DNA from: Podarcis tiliguerta
Taxonomy: Eukaryota
Reading direction: 5' to 3' (one strand)
Length of the DNA: 64,000 nucleotides
NCBI GenBank assembly: GCA_965153285.1
Contig: OZ229125.1
Numbering within the stretch: position 1 is the first letter of the stretch; each line of letters starts with the position of its first letter. Positions 1 through 14,562 of the stretch are shown piece by piece. The position numbers and the translations under genes were made by a program. The notes under the pieces were generated by a model. The model searched no databases, was not told the origin of the DNA, and saw only the letters and a list, made by a program, of their open reading frames with translations.

Positions 1-100
1 TTTAGCTATGTTTTAATCATATATGGCAGGGTTTACTACCCCTTTTGGTCCATGGGCACATTTGCAAACTAGAGAAACTTTGATGTACACCACACATGTA

Positions 101-223
101 CAGTGGTACTTGGGGTTAAGAACTTAATTCGTTCTGGGGGTCTGTTCTTAACCTGAAACTGTTCTTAACCTGAGGTTCCACTTTAGCTAATAGGGCCTCC
201 CGCTGCCACCACGCTGCCGGAGC
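101..223. mobile_element. Truncated copy of the 14104 MITE
   Basis: TA|CAGTGGTACTTGGGGTTAAG; aligns with the first ~120 bp of the 14104 element. Confidence 0.85.
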
Positions 224-3200
224 AGAAGAGGTAATCCTGTGGGTACTATTGAAGACCTCTGTAAGCACAAATGCACCTTCAGGTGCTATGTTGCCGACCC
301 CTGATGTAGAGACAAGAAGTGTGCACTTGTTCAAAGTGCAATGGAGATGGTAATTTCCTACTGTTTTGATTAAACTTGCCTTTCAAACCAGGAGGACTGA
401 ATTGTAGATTTTTTGTAAAGCAATCCAGTGGAGTTTGGGATTTTGCTCTTAGTTAACCAGTGTTACAGAACTAGATTGTATGATGACATTAAGCACAATT
501 TAATCTGTTACAGCGTTCTCATATTGCTTGAAGAGACACTAAAGCAGAAGTGACTTTGTTATAATTTTAAAACACTGTACCTTTTTCCTTGTTGGGGAAG
601 CCCAGAATTCCTGCAGGGCTTATATAATTTTGCATGGAGAGTCCTTTCCTTATTTTTAAAGATAAGAAAGCTGCTTGAAACATACATTTCTGCCATGAGA
701 CCAATATAAAACTGGAAAATACCACACTTAAATATAGCTCTGCAGTTATTAAAATTAAAAATGAGTGTGCTGGTAGACAAACAACCTCTGCTCAAGTAAG
801 TGTATGATAATTTAGACATTGGGTTGCATTGTCTATTGGATTTTTTGCAACATTTGCTGCTGTTTAGTTACAAGCTGGTATATTGACTCTGCTGCATCTT
901 CAGTCCACTGTGCTTGTTATAACAGCTTATTTTCATCCAATAGAACCCTTTGGGTTGGGAGGGATCATCTGTGACTCATCTAGCTTGTGCATTGGGGCAG
1001 AATTGATTTAATTATGCTTAAATATCACTGATAGATGGGTGTCGAGAGAGAGCGCTCTGCTTTGGATCTCTGCAGAGCTGTTATCTGGAAGTGCCCTTGG
1101 CAATTTGTCCCACTGCCTGGCATCAAATATTTTTGTCACGTTCGAGATGTTTTTATTATTGTGGTATTTCAGATGAAGGACTCCAGTCATGCAAGCTTGT
1201 TTATAACCTATCAGATAATGTTCTTTATTTGATTTAGGGCAGTGGATCACAGGCCTCTTCCAAATTGCAGAGCCCAACTGACTTCATTTGGGTCTAGTCC
1301 ATGCATAAGGTGTCTACAGGATAAGTTTTTAATGAAGTACAATAAAAATGAGTAATTCAGAAACTTGATTTTCTGTACTAAACTGGCTAAATTAGATGAG
1401 TTCTCTTTAAAAGTGAAAAGGATCTAGGAGTATACAAAGGGATTGTAGGACCATGCCTTTTGCCCTGACTCCATTTTAACATGCAGCTTCTTCTGACTTC
1501 CCAGGGCAAGTATATGTAGTGGGAAGTCAGCTGTACTTGTGTACAGCTCCCCACATGGTTTGAAACTTTTATCATGCGGAGCTTGAAGCAGGCTTCCCAC
1601 TTCAGATATTTGACTTAAACACACTAGAAACCAAAAGAGCAATGCAGCAATAATGGTGAGGCTAGAAGTGTGGTGAGAAACAACCAAATTAGAACAAGGA
1701 ACAGTTTCCAACTTGCTGTCCTGGCAAGCATGAAAACAGTACTGAGCTCATCCACTTCTTGGCCAAGCAGAACCTCCTGAGTGCTGTTCTACCTAACATT
1801 TCCTGTTACAATTTCTTGGCTGTCATATTTCATGATTCCACCTTGCAAATTTTCTTGTTTGTATAATGGTGCGGCCATGCACTATTGAAGAACTATCTGG
1901 CAATGAATAAATGATGCAGCAGCTCTCCAGCCAACCTTAATGTACTACTTATGAAACTGCAATTACTAAAACATTTTATGAAGTTTATTACTAGATGGCA
2001 AGAATGACTCTGCAGAAATGGGCTCCTGAGATTTTAGGCATGTGGAAAAACCCTAGCTTTCAGAATTGCTTTATTTTGTCTTTTAAAAAATGATCTGTGG
2101 TTTGGTGAGCACTGCTCTAAATTAATTTTTTCCTGGTGGTTATTTTTTATCCTTGCTGTTTGCCAATGATCCTAAAAACATGCCTCAACTCACCCTGGAT
2201 GATGAAATGGTAAGGAACCATTAGCTATTTTTGAGGTAGTCTACTTTACAAGAAACAGCATGAACAATACTACCTGAGTTTACTTACAGAGCTTTGCTGT
2301 CTTTCTGTGCATCATAAGCTGAGTCAACACAACATATGTTGTGTTGATTCTGTAAATCCACAAACACAATAGGCTGATGGGTGAAATGGTATTGTGTGAT
2401 GGATCATTTACGGTACTGCTTAAGCTGCACGTATATGGTCAAAGAAGTTTCTCCAACAATGCAATGATTACTATTTTGTGTGTGTTTTCCCAGTAGGGTC
2501 ATGAGATAAGAATTTGAAAAAGTGATCATGCAGCATCTGTTCTTGGGAGTGCTGTGGAATCTGGCCTCAAAGCTGTGAGGGTATTGAAATAAAGCATATA
2601 TTTTACTTTCTGTGAGAATGTGGTAGGTTTGTAAAAAAAATTCCTTAGTCCCCAAAGGACAAGTAAGAATCTTCTGCAGTTAACCACACAAGCAAACATT
2701 TTTCAAAGGTTAGCTCTTTCCTTTATGCCACAAATAAAAAGCATAAGCATGTGTGGGCAAGTATTTTTTGTTATACAGTAATGGTATGGTTGAAGATCCT
2801 GCCTAGAGTAGGAGATCCCCTAGGCAAGGGATGGTGGCATGGAGTAGAGCAAGGATTGAAATGCATTGCTTTCCTTCAGATTAAAATATTAAACTGGTCT
2901 GGGAAATCATAGGGACCAGTGGAGATTGTTAGGCTAAACCTAGGCAGTAATGTGTTGGTTCAAGATTCAGTGGTGAAGCATTGACTGTGCTCAAGAGATT
3001 CCTTCAGATATGTTGTGTAACTGAAAGTAGCTGCTTGACTACAGGAAACAAAATTAGTACAAAAATAATTATGCATAAACTTTCTCTGCCGCACTAAGTC
3101 TTACCTGGAAGTAGACCCCAAACTATCACTAACATGAGATTAATTCTCACTGTGGTGACCACAGTATAAAGTTTTGACACAGGTGACATGTATTAGATAG

Positions 3201-4532
3201 CTCATTTTTCCTGAAGTGGAAGGATTTGCTTATTAAATGTCCCTCTGGGCCTTCCCAGTGAACATAGTACAGATCTTTAAGTGCAGAGTGCTTCACAGTT
3301 CTTGGTTAGCTTATATATCTTGTGCAGCTATAGTGAAGGAGTGAACTCTTGAGGTTGCTGAAGTCATAGGCCATTCAGTTGCTTCCTGGTAGTCAGCATA
3401 TGAGGTGTGTAGTAATCATGCAGAAACTGCTAATGCTTAATCATGCATTTTATCATTGGCCTTTTGCTATTGGTGTGTGAAATGGTGTACAAAAGAGTCA
3501 AAGCAGCATTTTCCTCAAGAGCTTCACAAGAGGATAGTTGATCGGCAGGTCTGAAACTTAATCAAGCAAATGGGGACCTTGGGAATATGGCTTGAACAGC
3601 TGAAAATGGGAGCTTCCATGTCCCAGATGAAGTATCTGCAGTTCTACAATGGGTAAACTCTCTCTGTGTGGTTTGGACTTGGTTGAATGTCACTTTCTAA
3701 AACTCTAGTAAAAGATGAAGAGAGGCTTTTGTTCTGGTGTGTCCTTGCCTCTCCCTGGGTAAAAAGTAATTTTTATATAGCTATCTACAGAAATAGATAA
3801 CGGGATAGAAAGGAGCATGAATTTCTACCTGGAATGGAGGTGAGAACAGGGCAGGTGTGCATATGAAGTGTATTGTTCTCTATACTGGGTACAAAAAGGA
3901 CTGACCAGGCTCTCTGCCTTTTAGATGTCAAAGCTGGTGGGGGGTATACATGCCAAACTACTAAATCACTGTCATTCAAGCTGTTATAACATGGTTATTT
4001 TAACTTCTGTATGCAGCTGCTGAGACCAAGACTCTTGAATTTCCTTCTAAAATGATGCAGTTCTCTTCCCACCTTTGATACATACCCACACTTAATATTT
4101 CTTCAAATAAGAACTAGTATGAAAAGGGTTCTGTGTTCATTGTTAAGACATTGGTTTCAATTGTCATAATTTTTGTGCTGGTGTGTATTTGATTCTGGCT
4201 TTCTTCCATTTACCCTCAACACTTAAAAAGAGCTACTGTTGGCTGAGTGAAATGTGATTTGTTTTCTAAAATGGCCACATGCTATTTCGATGCTAATGGA
4301 ATCCTGCTGTCTTGTATCAGTTCTAATTATTAAGAGCAGGTTACTTGACTCTGTACAGATCCTGTGCAGAGGGAGAATAATGAAGAGTTTATGTAAACAA
4401 GAAACAGGTGGTAGCTTAAATTCAGTTGCTTAAACTCCCCTGCATCGATGTAATGCCACATTTGAGAGACTGCCTTGGCTCCAGTTGTGTGTATATTTTT
4501 GTGATGATCCTATTTTATCTTTGCAGGTCAGG

Positions 4533-4533
<1 letters not shown>

Positions 4534-4563
<30 letters not shown>
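4534..4563. repeat. (TG)n microsatellite
   Basis: Read directly. Confidence 0.95.
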
Positions 4564-4564
<1 letters not shown>

Positions 4565-4689
4565 CTGGCCCAAGGTCACCCTGTGAGCTTAGTAGTGGTT
4601 GAGCACAAATTTGAACCCAGTTTCTAGTGCACTGACCACTATGCATGCAGTTAGGAGAGCCAAAGCAGGACTTGATCAAGCAGCATATA

Positions 4690-5099
4690 CATATTTTTTC
4701 GTGTATAAGACGCTCCCTATTTTTGGGGACTAAATTTAAAGAAAATGAGGGGAGATGCCCCAAAGTTGTTGAGCTTTTTTAGGCGGAATTGCATTTATGC
4801 CATCCACCCCAGCAGGGGCTGTTGCTGGAGGTTGGCAATGTGGGCAGCCGCTCCCCCCATGCCACTGCAGGCACCAGCTGGCTGGCTGCATGCAACTTCC
4901 GCTCCAAGCCGCTGCAGGAAACGCTCCCGAGAGCACACACCTCCTTCAGCGGCATGGGGGGAGTGGCGTGCCTGCCAACTAGCTGGCTGCCAACCAGCTC
5001 CCCCCTCCCCTCACGCCACTATCAGTGTATTGGACGACCCCAGTTTTTTGACATGATTTTTGAGTCAAAAAACCTCGTGTAATACATGGAAAAATACGG
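4690..5099. mobile_element. Tc1/mariner (pogo/Tc2-like) non-autonomous element
   Basis: Imperfect TIR CATATTTTTTCGTGTATAAGACG / CGTGTAATACATGGAAAAATACGG, TA flanks, GC-rich interior. Confidence 0.8.
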
Positions 5100-6419
5100 T
5101 AGCTCTGCAAACTGGGCTCTCATCTACAGAGCCACAGTCTGTATGTGCCTTCCCCTCAGCATGTGATGAAGAAACCAGCTGCCCATCTAGTATAATTCTT
5201 GAGGTTTAGAGACATATCTGGGACTCCTGTGTGTTCTCCTTTTGGTACATTGCAGTTTAGATAGTAAGAGTTTGTTCTTGGGAGCAGAGTGGCTAATGTG
5301 TGGTTTTGAAAGTTCCCTACTTTGGGGCAAAGGTGAGCTAGATCTTGAGGACTGTTATAGATCCTTCATGTGGATCTGGAACAATATTTTATTAAGAGAC
5401 AGATTGAAGTCTAACAGCGTGTGACTTAAGCCAGTACACAATGTTAAAATTGTTTTTTGGATACTACTAGGGGGAAGGCCTGTGAGGCACTGAGATAATT
5501 TAAATATGAGAATTGTGAACTAACTTAAATAATAGTTACTATTAACCCTTAATTTGTGGCAGCTTAACTCCTGTTGTTGTTTTCTACACCCACATTAATA
5601 GATCTAAGGATCAATGGAGATGACTTCAGGATCTTTCATATGTGTAGTACCAAGAGTGAGAGTCTCTTTAAAAGCTGTACTTCTTTGCCTTCTTATATAC
5701 AGCATGACTTTTGAAAATATTAAGCTTGTTAGGTTAGGTTATCAAACCAGTCACCACTATGACTATTTGCATATGGGGTGGTGGTGGGAAATCTGCACTT
5801 TCAGAAAAGCAGAGTATTCTGAACTTCTTCTCTGCCTTCTCTATTTTCCATGGTTGTCAGCAGTCAAAAGATATTGAGGCGCAGGGTTTTCTTCTGATGC
5901 AGAAACATGCAAGTCTGAACAGACCTTCTGTTCAGTATCCTGATCTGTGAATTACCCTGTTGCAGACTCAGGACATGTTTTGGCTTGGCTTAGTGTGGCT
6001 AATTGGCTTTGTCATAGCTTGGAATGCAAGGGAAGAGAAGTCCTTGAAATGACCTTGTTGGCAGCTGTTTAATGTGGAAGTTCTGTTTGACTTTGGAAAT
6101 GTTGGTTTAAAACATGAGAAAGTAAGTTCTCTGTTGTGTCCCATTGTGAACTGGGAATTAAAATGTCATGCCTAGTGTGAAAGAGTAGTACTAATGAAGT
6201 GGGGAGGAACCAGGAGAAGAAAACAGAGCAACATAACTTAATTTTGTATGATAATTGAATATTTAAAATACCAAAGTAACTCTTTTTGAAGGAGGTAGCA
6301 AAAATCACATGGAATATACCATACATAAATTTCCTAGTTTTTGATGTCCTGATTAATATTGGAGCAGAGGGGAGCCGGGTGAGAAGTTGAATGCATCATG
6401 GTGAATGCACTGTATAGGC

Positions 6420-6671
6420 CAGGGGTAGGCAACCTAAGACCCGGGGGCCGGAGGCAGCCCAATCGCCTTCTCAATCCGGCCCTTGGACGGTCCAGGAATC
6501 AGCGTGTTTTTACATGAATAGAATGTGTCCTTTTATTTAAAATGCATCTCTGGGTTATTTGTGGGGGCATAGGAATTCATTCCCCCCATCCCCCCCCAAT
6601 ATAGTCTGGTCCCCCACAAGGTCTGAGGGACGGTGGACCGGCCCACGGCTGAAAAAGGTTGCTGACTCCTG
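6420..6671. mobile_element. hAT MITE
   Basis: CAGGGGTAGGCAACC...GGTTGCTGACTCCTG; perfect 8-bp TSD GTATAGGC. Confidence 0.92.
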
Positions 6672-8269
6672 GTATAGGCCATACAAAGCAAAGCTTTGGA
6701 AGAAAGGCTGTACAGTGGCCTCTGACTTGTTTCTTTGAGCCTGTTGTGTTAGGCATCACCTTCTTGTAAGAATTAAATCCAACTATTTCAAAAGGACAAA
6801 CAAATGCCCAGTTGTGTGTTACAATTCTTCATGTTGTTAGGGACAAGGGGAAGCCTTTCATTTCAGAGTTTGTTTTGTGATGGTGGTTTTTCAGATTTGT
6901 CTTATCCCTGAGCAGAGATGAAAAGTGGAACTTGTGTTTGATGCTTAGTATCTCATTGCTTTCCAGTATTGTGTCCTAATTTACTGATGCTTGTGTTCTG
7001 CTCTGTAGAGTAATCCTAGGTCAGGGTGAGCAATATTTGGAACACATAGTGGAAAGATGGTGCAATTTTTTTGCTAAAGGATAGGAATAAAAAATTAAGT
7101 AAAGATCCTGAATTTAATATTGCACTGCTTGATGTACGTTCTGCAAACAAACTTCTTTGAATTTAGGATAACATTCTCAAGAGCTTCATTATAGAAGAGA
7201 TCTTGAGTACACTGCTACTCAAAAGTGGCAAGATGCTTTTTTGTCCCATATGATCAATTTAAAGTACAATATTCAGTTTGCTCTCCTTATGGTTTGAGAA
7301 AGAGCAATGTAGTTAACTGGGATGTATATTCACAGCACAATATGGTGTGTTGATGATGTGTCTTTTGTCTACATTTACGGGCAACAGGGCATGACTTGAA
7401 TAATTTTATATTAGTTAACATAAAATCTGTCACTTTTATCCCTCAAGCCATTTCCTGTTGCACTTCCTCTCAAGTAATTATTCAAGGAAGAACCCTCCCC
7501 ATTGAACTTGATACTGTACTTGTTTTTATGAAGTTTTATGAAGAAAGTGACTTTGTTGCATTCTTTCAGCACTGGCATTGCTAATAGCACTCAGGATATT
7601 TCTCTGTATGGGAATGCAAATTATGGAATTGATTTTAGTAGTGGAGTTAAGCACATGCACAACTCTCTCTGCTTTTGATTTACATAAAAAGGACATTGAA
7701 AGGGCTTCAATTTAGCTACACAGGCCTGTTGCAGGCATCATGTTTACAATCTAGGAGTTTGCAACCTTTTTTTCTTTCCCCTTCTGTTATAATTAATGTA
7801 AATTGTAAACTCCTTGGGATGGGGAATTGTATTTTGCTTATATTTTCTTAAAGAGCTTTTTACAGTGTTGTCACTAGATAAATTTATAATTTTGTACTAT
7901 TAGAAAAAAATCTCAACTCAGCATTAGATTGTTGGCAGCCTTGTGTATGTTTTAGCTTTGTTTGAAATGCTCTGTGAAAGATAGGAGTATTCTTGTTATC
8001 ATAAAGTGGCTTAGAAACATAGCTGCAAGCAAGATGTCTGGAGAAAGTGGTTACAATTATTGCATAATTGGTTGCATTACTCTACAAATATTAGTTGTAG
8101 AAATCAATAATGCTTAGATGTGTAAATAGCATGTATAGCTAGATGACAAACTTGAGTATAATGACTTTTAAATGCTTGTAATGTGTGTATTTTTAAAATT
8201 GCCCCCCAAAATACCCTATGGTTTTAAATTATGGGAGAGACCTTTCATGTTTGAAAGCTCAGAAGAAGT

Positions 8270-10027
8270 ACCGGTAATATGGCCCAAACACATGCAAATG
8301 GACATACTTTTGACCTTGATTTTGCCATGGAACAGGCTGGTGTGAATCCATTGATGGATTGGGGGATGGGGGCTTCTAGTAAGCCAATTGTCATGGATGG
8401 ATCATTCTCTGATAAGACTTAGGCTGACAGTGGCACACTGTAACAGCTGGGGGACCCATTGACTTGGTCTGCCTAGACTTAATGGAATACAAAGGCTTTC
8501 TGAATGCTCTGGGAGATTTTCCAGTTGACATGACTGACACTTGGTTGAGGCTCTGGTTTCTCTTTAGAATGATGACAAGAGAAGAGTAAAATACACAAAC
8601 AGGAAGGTGGACAACTGGAGTACAAGTGGCATAAATCCTGATGTGAATCTGCCTGGACACAGATGACAGCACATTATTGCTGGCAGTGGCAGCAGTGAAG
8701 AAGGTATAATTTTCTGCTACCATTGCAACTTCTAGTATCTGTTCAACAGTGTCTTTTTGAGTGATCAGTGGGTTTGTAACGTCTGGATAGAAAAAGGCAA
8801 TGATGTGGCAACCATTGGAGCCTACTGTGACAAATTTGCAAGACGCTGGAAGCATACAATTGCTCAGATTCACATGGCATTGTATATCACAGAGCGAGTC
8901 CTGAGGAAATGTCCAGAGCTTCTAGTCAGGTTCTTTTGGATCAGTTCCATCTATTGATGAGCATGTGGACAAGCTACTTGAAGGATTTTGGACAACAACA
9001 TGCCCTTCAACCTCCTCCTTTGCTTATCATAACTAATAAAAACTAGCTGAAGGAATGTGACTAGGCAAGTCCTGGGAGTGGTGAATGCCTTGCTGTGGGT
9101 AGTGGGAGGTACCATTGGCCCTTAAGGAAGCAGTGGTGCATCCCCTTCTCAAGAGGATCTTCCTGGACTCACAGGTGATCGCCTAATAACCAGTATCCCC
9201 CTTTTTTGCAAGGTGTTCAAGAGGATAGTGATGGTTCAACAGCAGACAATCTTGCTTTAGGCCTGGATAGGGCACCAAAATTGCCTTGGTTGTCCTGATT
9301 CATTATGTTTGTCAGGAGAGGGATGGGGAAGTGCAACCTTGTTTGTTTTGCTTGATCCCTCAGGAACTTTTGATACCATTGACCATGATACCCTCCTCTA
9401 GAGCCTTTGAAGGTTGGAAGTTAGGGGCACTGTGTTTTAGAGATTTCATTCCTACCTCCAAGACCTATTTCAGAGAGTAACAGTGGGAGACTCTTGCTTA
9501 GTTCCTTGAGTTCTCATGTCAACCTTGTCCCTCTTGCTCTAACATCTATATGAAGCCATTGGGATATATCCTCAAGGGCTTTGGAGTGAGGTGCCATCAG
9601 TATGCCAATGACATCTAGCTCTAGCTTTCTATTCCACCTGAATCAGGAGGGGCAGTTCAGATGCTGGACCATTATGTGCAGGCAGTAATGGGCTGTATGT
9701 GGACCAGGAAATTGAAACAATCCAGGTAACATGGAGGCACTGTGTATTGCAGATTCTTGAATCTGGGAAGAAGGGAGATGGGTGGTTCTGGATGGGATTG
9801 CATTCCCGTGGAAGAAACAGGCACACATTTGACCCATCTATGTCATTTGAGGCCCAGGAAGCCTTGGTGGCTAGGAGTGCCTTTTCTAGCCGATTCACCA
9901 GCTACAGCTGTTCCCGCACAAGAATAGCCTGGCTACTGTGATCCATGCTCTTGTAACTTCCAGACTGTACTGTTGCTATGTATTCCATCCTGGGAAGGGG
10001 AGGCTATAATCAATCGATCAATAAAAA
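8270..10027 (+). mobile_element. Old degenerate L2-clade LINE (EN end to RT, internally deleted)
   Basis: Frameshifted remnants resembling GPTH..GHTLDL, LKEAVVHPLLK, FDTIDH, NIYMKPLG and CHQYAND (YADD-like); boundaries approximate. Confidence 0.75.
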
Positions 10028-11515
10028 ATTTGATTGCAAGAGAAATTTTGCTTTTATACCTCCTTCCCTCCAGCTCTGAAAGTTAATGCAGCTATTAAAA
10101 TAGCTTCCATTTCAGGAACCCATTTCTGTTGCTACACTCAAATGAAAAGCATTTTGAAGTTTACAGGATAATTAGACTGTAAGTGTCTGAAAAAATTGTA
10201 GGCATTCCAATCAACAGTTTTCCCAATTGTTGTGCTCTCCTTATAATCTAAGGCATGCTTAGCACAAGACAAAAACTCTGCATGTCTATCGCAGCTGGAA
10301 TGTTGCAAAGGAAGGAAGGTATTTATTTTCTTCAGTCTATTTTGGTTTTGTTTTAAAATTGTCCTCCTCCTTTACTTTTAAATGGCACTTTTCCATTCTC
10401 CTTGAATTTTCTTTGACCCTGGAAGGTCTACCTTCCTATTACACCACGTACCCCTTCTTCTGCTTTCACTGCTTTCACTATTTTTTGGAGGAACTAGCAA
10501 ATTTGACTTGCCTAAGCTTAATGCTAGCTTCTAAACTGATTTTATGAGCTCTGTTTCTAGATCACATCTCACACTAATGGAATCTACAGTGTGGGTAGAA
10601 CCAGCTTCTAAAAGCTAGTTGAACAGTTGTTGATGTGTGGTAAATGACAGGACCATGTATAGGCAGAATTAAGTTGATGTATTTGGTAAAATCTGGTTGT
10701 TGCTTCCTCAAGGTAGTAGAATTACTGTTTTTGTTTTTCCTGTTATTCCTGATAAGTATTCAGATAGATACATTGTTTATTTTTTAGTGTGTCACTCAAA
10801 AATGTATGATCTTAAAGTGGGGTGGGGAACTGGATCTGGCCAGTGGTGGGTCAAATCCTTATCTCCTTCACTCTACCCCCAGCAACAGGCGAGCTTTGAC
10901 AAGTGGGAAAGTTTTCCTTTCCTGCATGGTTTGAAATAAAAATTGATGTGGATAAAAGCACATGGTGTTAGTTGCAGGTGGTAGTGATCAGCTGATTGTC
11001 AGCCCTTGGAAAACCCTATGCCATGATGGTCAGCAGTTGCAAAGTGCTGTGCTTCCTCAGTTGCACTAGGGAGTTTTCCTTTGGGGCTTGTTAGCGGAAA
11101 GTACCACTTGCAGATCAAAACTTGGGCACTCAGTTTACGAACCCAGTTGCTCAAGCCATGTCTTTACCTGCCCTGCCCCTGACATCACATATGAGTGTGT
11201 TTTGGGGGAAATGGTGTCATGAGCCCAGGGGGGCATGTCCTGACCTAATTAAACCTGCCGGCAAGCTGTTCCCAATCCATGGGCTAGATGATTTCATGTT
11301 CTGATTGTACAATGCAGCTTCGTATTTCTATGCAAAATGTGGAGTAGGGTGATAAAAAAAAATGGCAACGAATGCATTGTTGTCACATCTTATTGACAAA
11401 ACTACTGATTTTTGAGTGGAGTAAAACATGCACTTGTATATTTAAATGAGGATCCTCAGCTGGGGGACGTTGTTATGCTATTCCTATCCTGGAGCCAGAT
11501 CAGAAGATATATAGT

Positions 11516-11622
11516 TAGGGTTGCCATACATTCGGAATTTCCCAGACATATTCAGAATACTGCAGCCGCAAGTATACAAAACTGAAAAAGGCTCAACAAC
11601 TTTTTGAAATATGGCAACCCTA
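11516..11622. mobile_element. 107-bp MITE with hAT-Blackjack-like termini
   Basis: Perfect 13-bp TIR TAGGGTTGCCATA / TATGGCAACCCTA; flanking direct repeat ATATAGT. Confidence 0.85.
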
Positions 11623-13591
11623 ATATAGTGTTCTGTAAGCAATGCCAAGTCTGTCCACTTTTGATCTGAAGTAGATGACCAACGGATATACCAACATACA
11701 AACACAAATTGCTACATTTGGGAGTCGTAACATGCAACTTGGACAATGACAAATGTACTTAAACATTTGCTGGCAAATAGAAGACAAGCACTTGACTTTA
11801 ATCTTTCTCTGCTGCTTAAGCCACTACATGTGAAGTATGTATACAGATAATGAATTTTCTCCACCTACTACAAGAGATATGTGTTACCATCTGTGGCTTC
11901 AAGTTGTCAGATTGAAGTGAATAATGAATCTGGTTGGGAGTAAGATGAAGTAAATGGATAAACAAGAATAATCCATAACAGGCAACCCTATAACATTGTT
12001 TAAAGAGGCTCAGTGAAGACCACCCAGGACAGGCAACAATTTGCACATAGTTTGTCTTATCTGATTTTTTTAAAAAGCAGGTCACAAGACAGAATGGTCT
12101 AGAGAGCTCTGGTTAGGCTGAGGATGGTCCTCCCTTCAGATTATAATATAATGTTAACTACCTGCCTCTGTAAATGTTTGTGCACCTTTGAACAAATTCA
12201 TTGCAGTTCAGATTCATTGCTAGCATATGAGTGTTGCAGTGGACATCTTTTTTAAAAAGTGTACTAGCCTACCTGCCTGCACATGTGCTAGCCATTTTGT
12301 GGCCTAAAACATCCTAAGTCACTTTAAAGATTCTCTGCCTGAATGCATGAAGGCAGTTCTTACTTACCACAGGGAACCAGGTGAACAACATTTGCAAGCC
12401 TGTACTATGATTTAACAACTTTAGCTATATTTTCCTAAGGCTGTGTGGCCTATGCAGGGAAAACACAAGAGACAAAACAGGAGGTTTGAGCTAGAAGTGG
12501 GGGAGCCATCATAAGTGATTAATTTTGAACTGACTGGGAGGGGGAAAGCGTTTTTAAATCTCCCCAAAGCCTTTATGTATACAAGATAGTAGACTTGGGC
12601 AGTCAGCCACCACTTCACACATAGCCTACTAGTACAAAGTCCCTCTCAGCCAGTGCTTAATGCAAATTTGCCTGTGTGCTGCATGTGATGAGGATGCACT
12701 TTGTCGGGATCTTTGTCCCAGACACTGCCCGTGGGTTACTCTTTTTAGTATTTAGCATGGTGGTTTTTTTTAAGTGCTGCTGTTTCCCAAGTCCTTCTTT
12801 CTTTTATATTTAACTTTCACTTGCCCTTAAACATAGGTGGCTGAATGCCAGCTCTTCAAAATCCACTTAGCCAGTTTCCCCTTTTAAAATGAAAAATTGC
12901 CAGAATGGCTATTCTCTCAAGCCTGAGGTTTAATGAAGTGTGAAGAGAGCATTGGTTAATTCCCGCCCCCGAAAGCTCTACGTTCCATTTTTAATAGAAG
13001 AAAGGATAAACGTAGCCTTGTGAGCGAAGAGTTTGATAAGGTCTGGATTTTGCTGTTTCTGATCAACCAGCAACTGGCACAGACAAGGTCCTCTTGAGAG
13101 AGGCAGATATATTGGCCTACTAGATTTTGATATGAATGAAGCCTGGGTCCAATGCTCCGCTTGCTCTAGAACAGGGGTTCTAAGTTTTTGTAGAAAACCC
13201 CTCTTTCAATTCAATAAAAAGAAATATAGTAACTGCAGTAAGAACAAGGTTTTGTGGGGGTTTTTGGCTGATGAGACTCATGCTGGCTCAGTTCTGGATA
13301 CCACAACAAACCATGGTTAAGGAGGGTTACGTATGGTTTGGCATGATGTTTGAATAGAGAAACTATGGTTAGTATCTTTTTGCTCCTCCCATGGATGCAA
13401 TTGCACCACAGAATCAGGAGAGCAGACCTGGTAAAAAATGAAAGCAGATAAGCTGCTCTTAACTATGGCTTTATGTTTATGTTTGGAAGGTTGTCATGGT
13501 TTGGTGTGTTGTGTCGTCCTAGACCCAGGACCTGAAAAAACATGATTTTGGGAATCTGTAGCATGTACTAAGTCAATTAGGGCACCACCTG

Positions 13592-13728
13592 CAATGTTTT
13601 TCAATCTTGGGTCCCCAGATGTGGTTAGACTACAACTTCTATCATCCATGACCATTGGCTAAACTGCATGGGGCTGATGGGAGTTGCAGTCCAACAATAT
13701 CAGAAGCCCCAAGTTTGAAGAACACCGG
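13592..13728. mobile_element. Old palindromic hAT-like MITE; similar remnants at ~35596-35728 and ~34790-34905
   Basis: Internal inverted pair gactacaacttctatca / tgatgggagttgcagtc. Confidence 0.6.
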
Positions 13729-14103
13729 AGGAAGCTGTGCTCCAAGTAGAGAGGCATTCATTTTCTATATTAAATCAAGTTATATTTAAGATCAGCCCTT
13801 AGGGAATTATGACTGCTGGGACAGCTGTAAGCCCAGTGTCTCAGAATGGTCCTGTTTTCCCATCTGTTAAGTAAGTCCGTGGTGTTCTCTTATTGAAAAT
13901 GCCCTCGAAGTGATAGAAAAGCATTGTTCCAATATTATTAGATTGGATAACAAAGGTGGATTTTAAGACATCTTTCCCTTAAACAATTCAATCAGATCAG
14001 GTGTTTCTAATGCTCTTTTCTTGATTTTGAATAACTGGGGGTTGCATTCCCCAACCTTCCAATATTAGGTTTCTTACCCTGTTTTTTTATTTAATAAACA
14101 TTA

Positions 14104-14326
14104 CAGTGGTACCTCAGGTTAAGTACTTAATTCGTTCCGGAGGTCCGTTCTTAACCTGAAACTGTTCTTAACCTGAAGCACCACTTTAGCTAATGAGGCC
14201 TCCTGCTGCTGCCACGCCACCGGAGCCCGATTTCTGTTCTTACCCTGAAGCACTATTTCTGGGTTAGCGGAGTGTGTAACCTGAAGCATATGTAACCTGA
14301 AGCATATGTAACCCGAGGTACCACTT
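14104..14326. mobile_element. Tc1/mariner-superfamily MITE
   Basis: TIR CAGTGGTACCTCAGGTTA / TAACCCGAGGTACCACTT (16/18) with TA on both sides. Confidence 0.9.
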
Positions 14327-14562
14327 TATACCGCTCTTCAGCAGAAACACTCAGGCTGGGTTACAATAAACGATTCATATATAGAGTTGCTTCAAGATGT
14401 CAGGCTGAGTATTTTTGTGAACTACAGGTTGAGTATTTATGTGATTCTGAATAAAAGCCTTTAACTTTCACAGAACTACCTTGTGGTTTCTTTGAGTGAT
14501 TTGGCAAGGATCCAAAAAGCTACTTGGGACACGCCCAGTCCAATTGTCACAGATTAAAGCTC

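Noticed and set aside
8391-8873. 160-aa minus-strand ORF as a nested gene
   Set aside because: It is antisense to a decayed L2, with no recognisable domain or splice structure.
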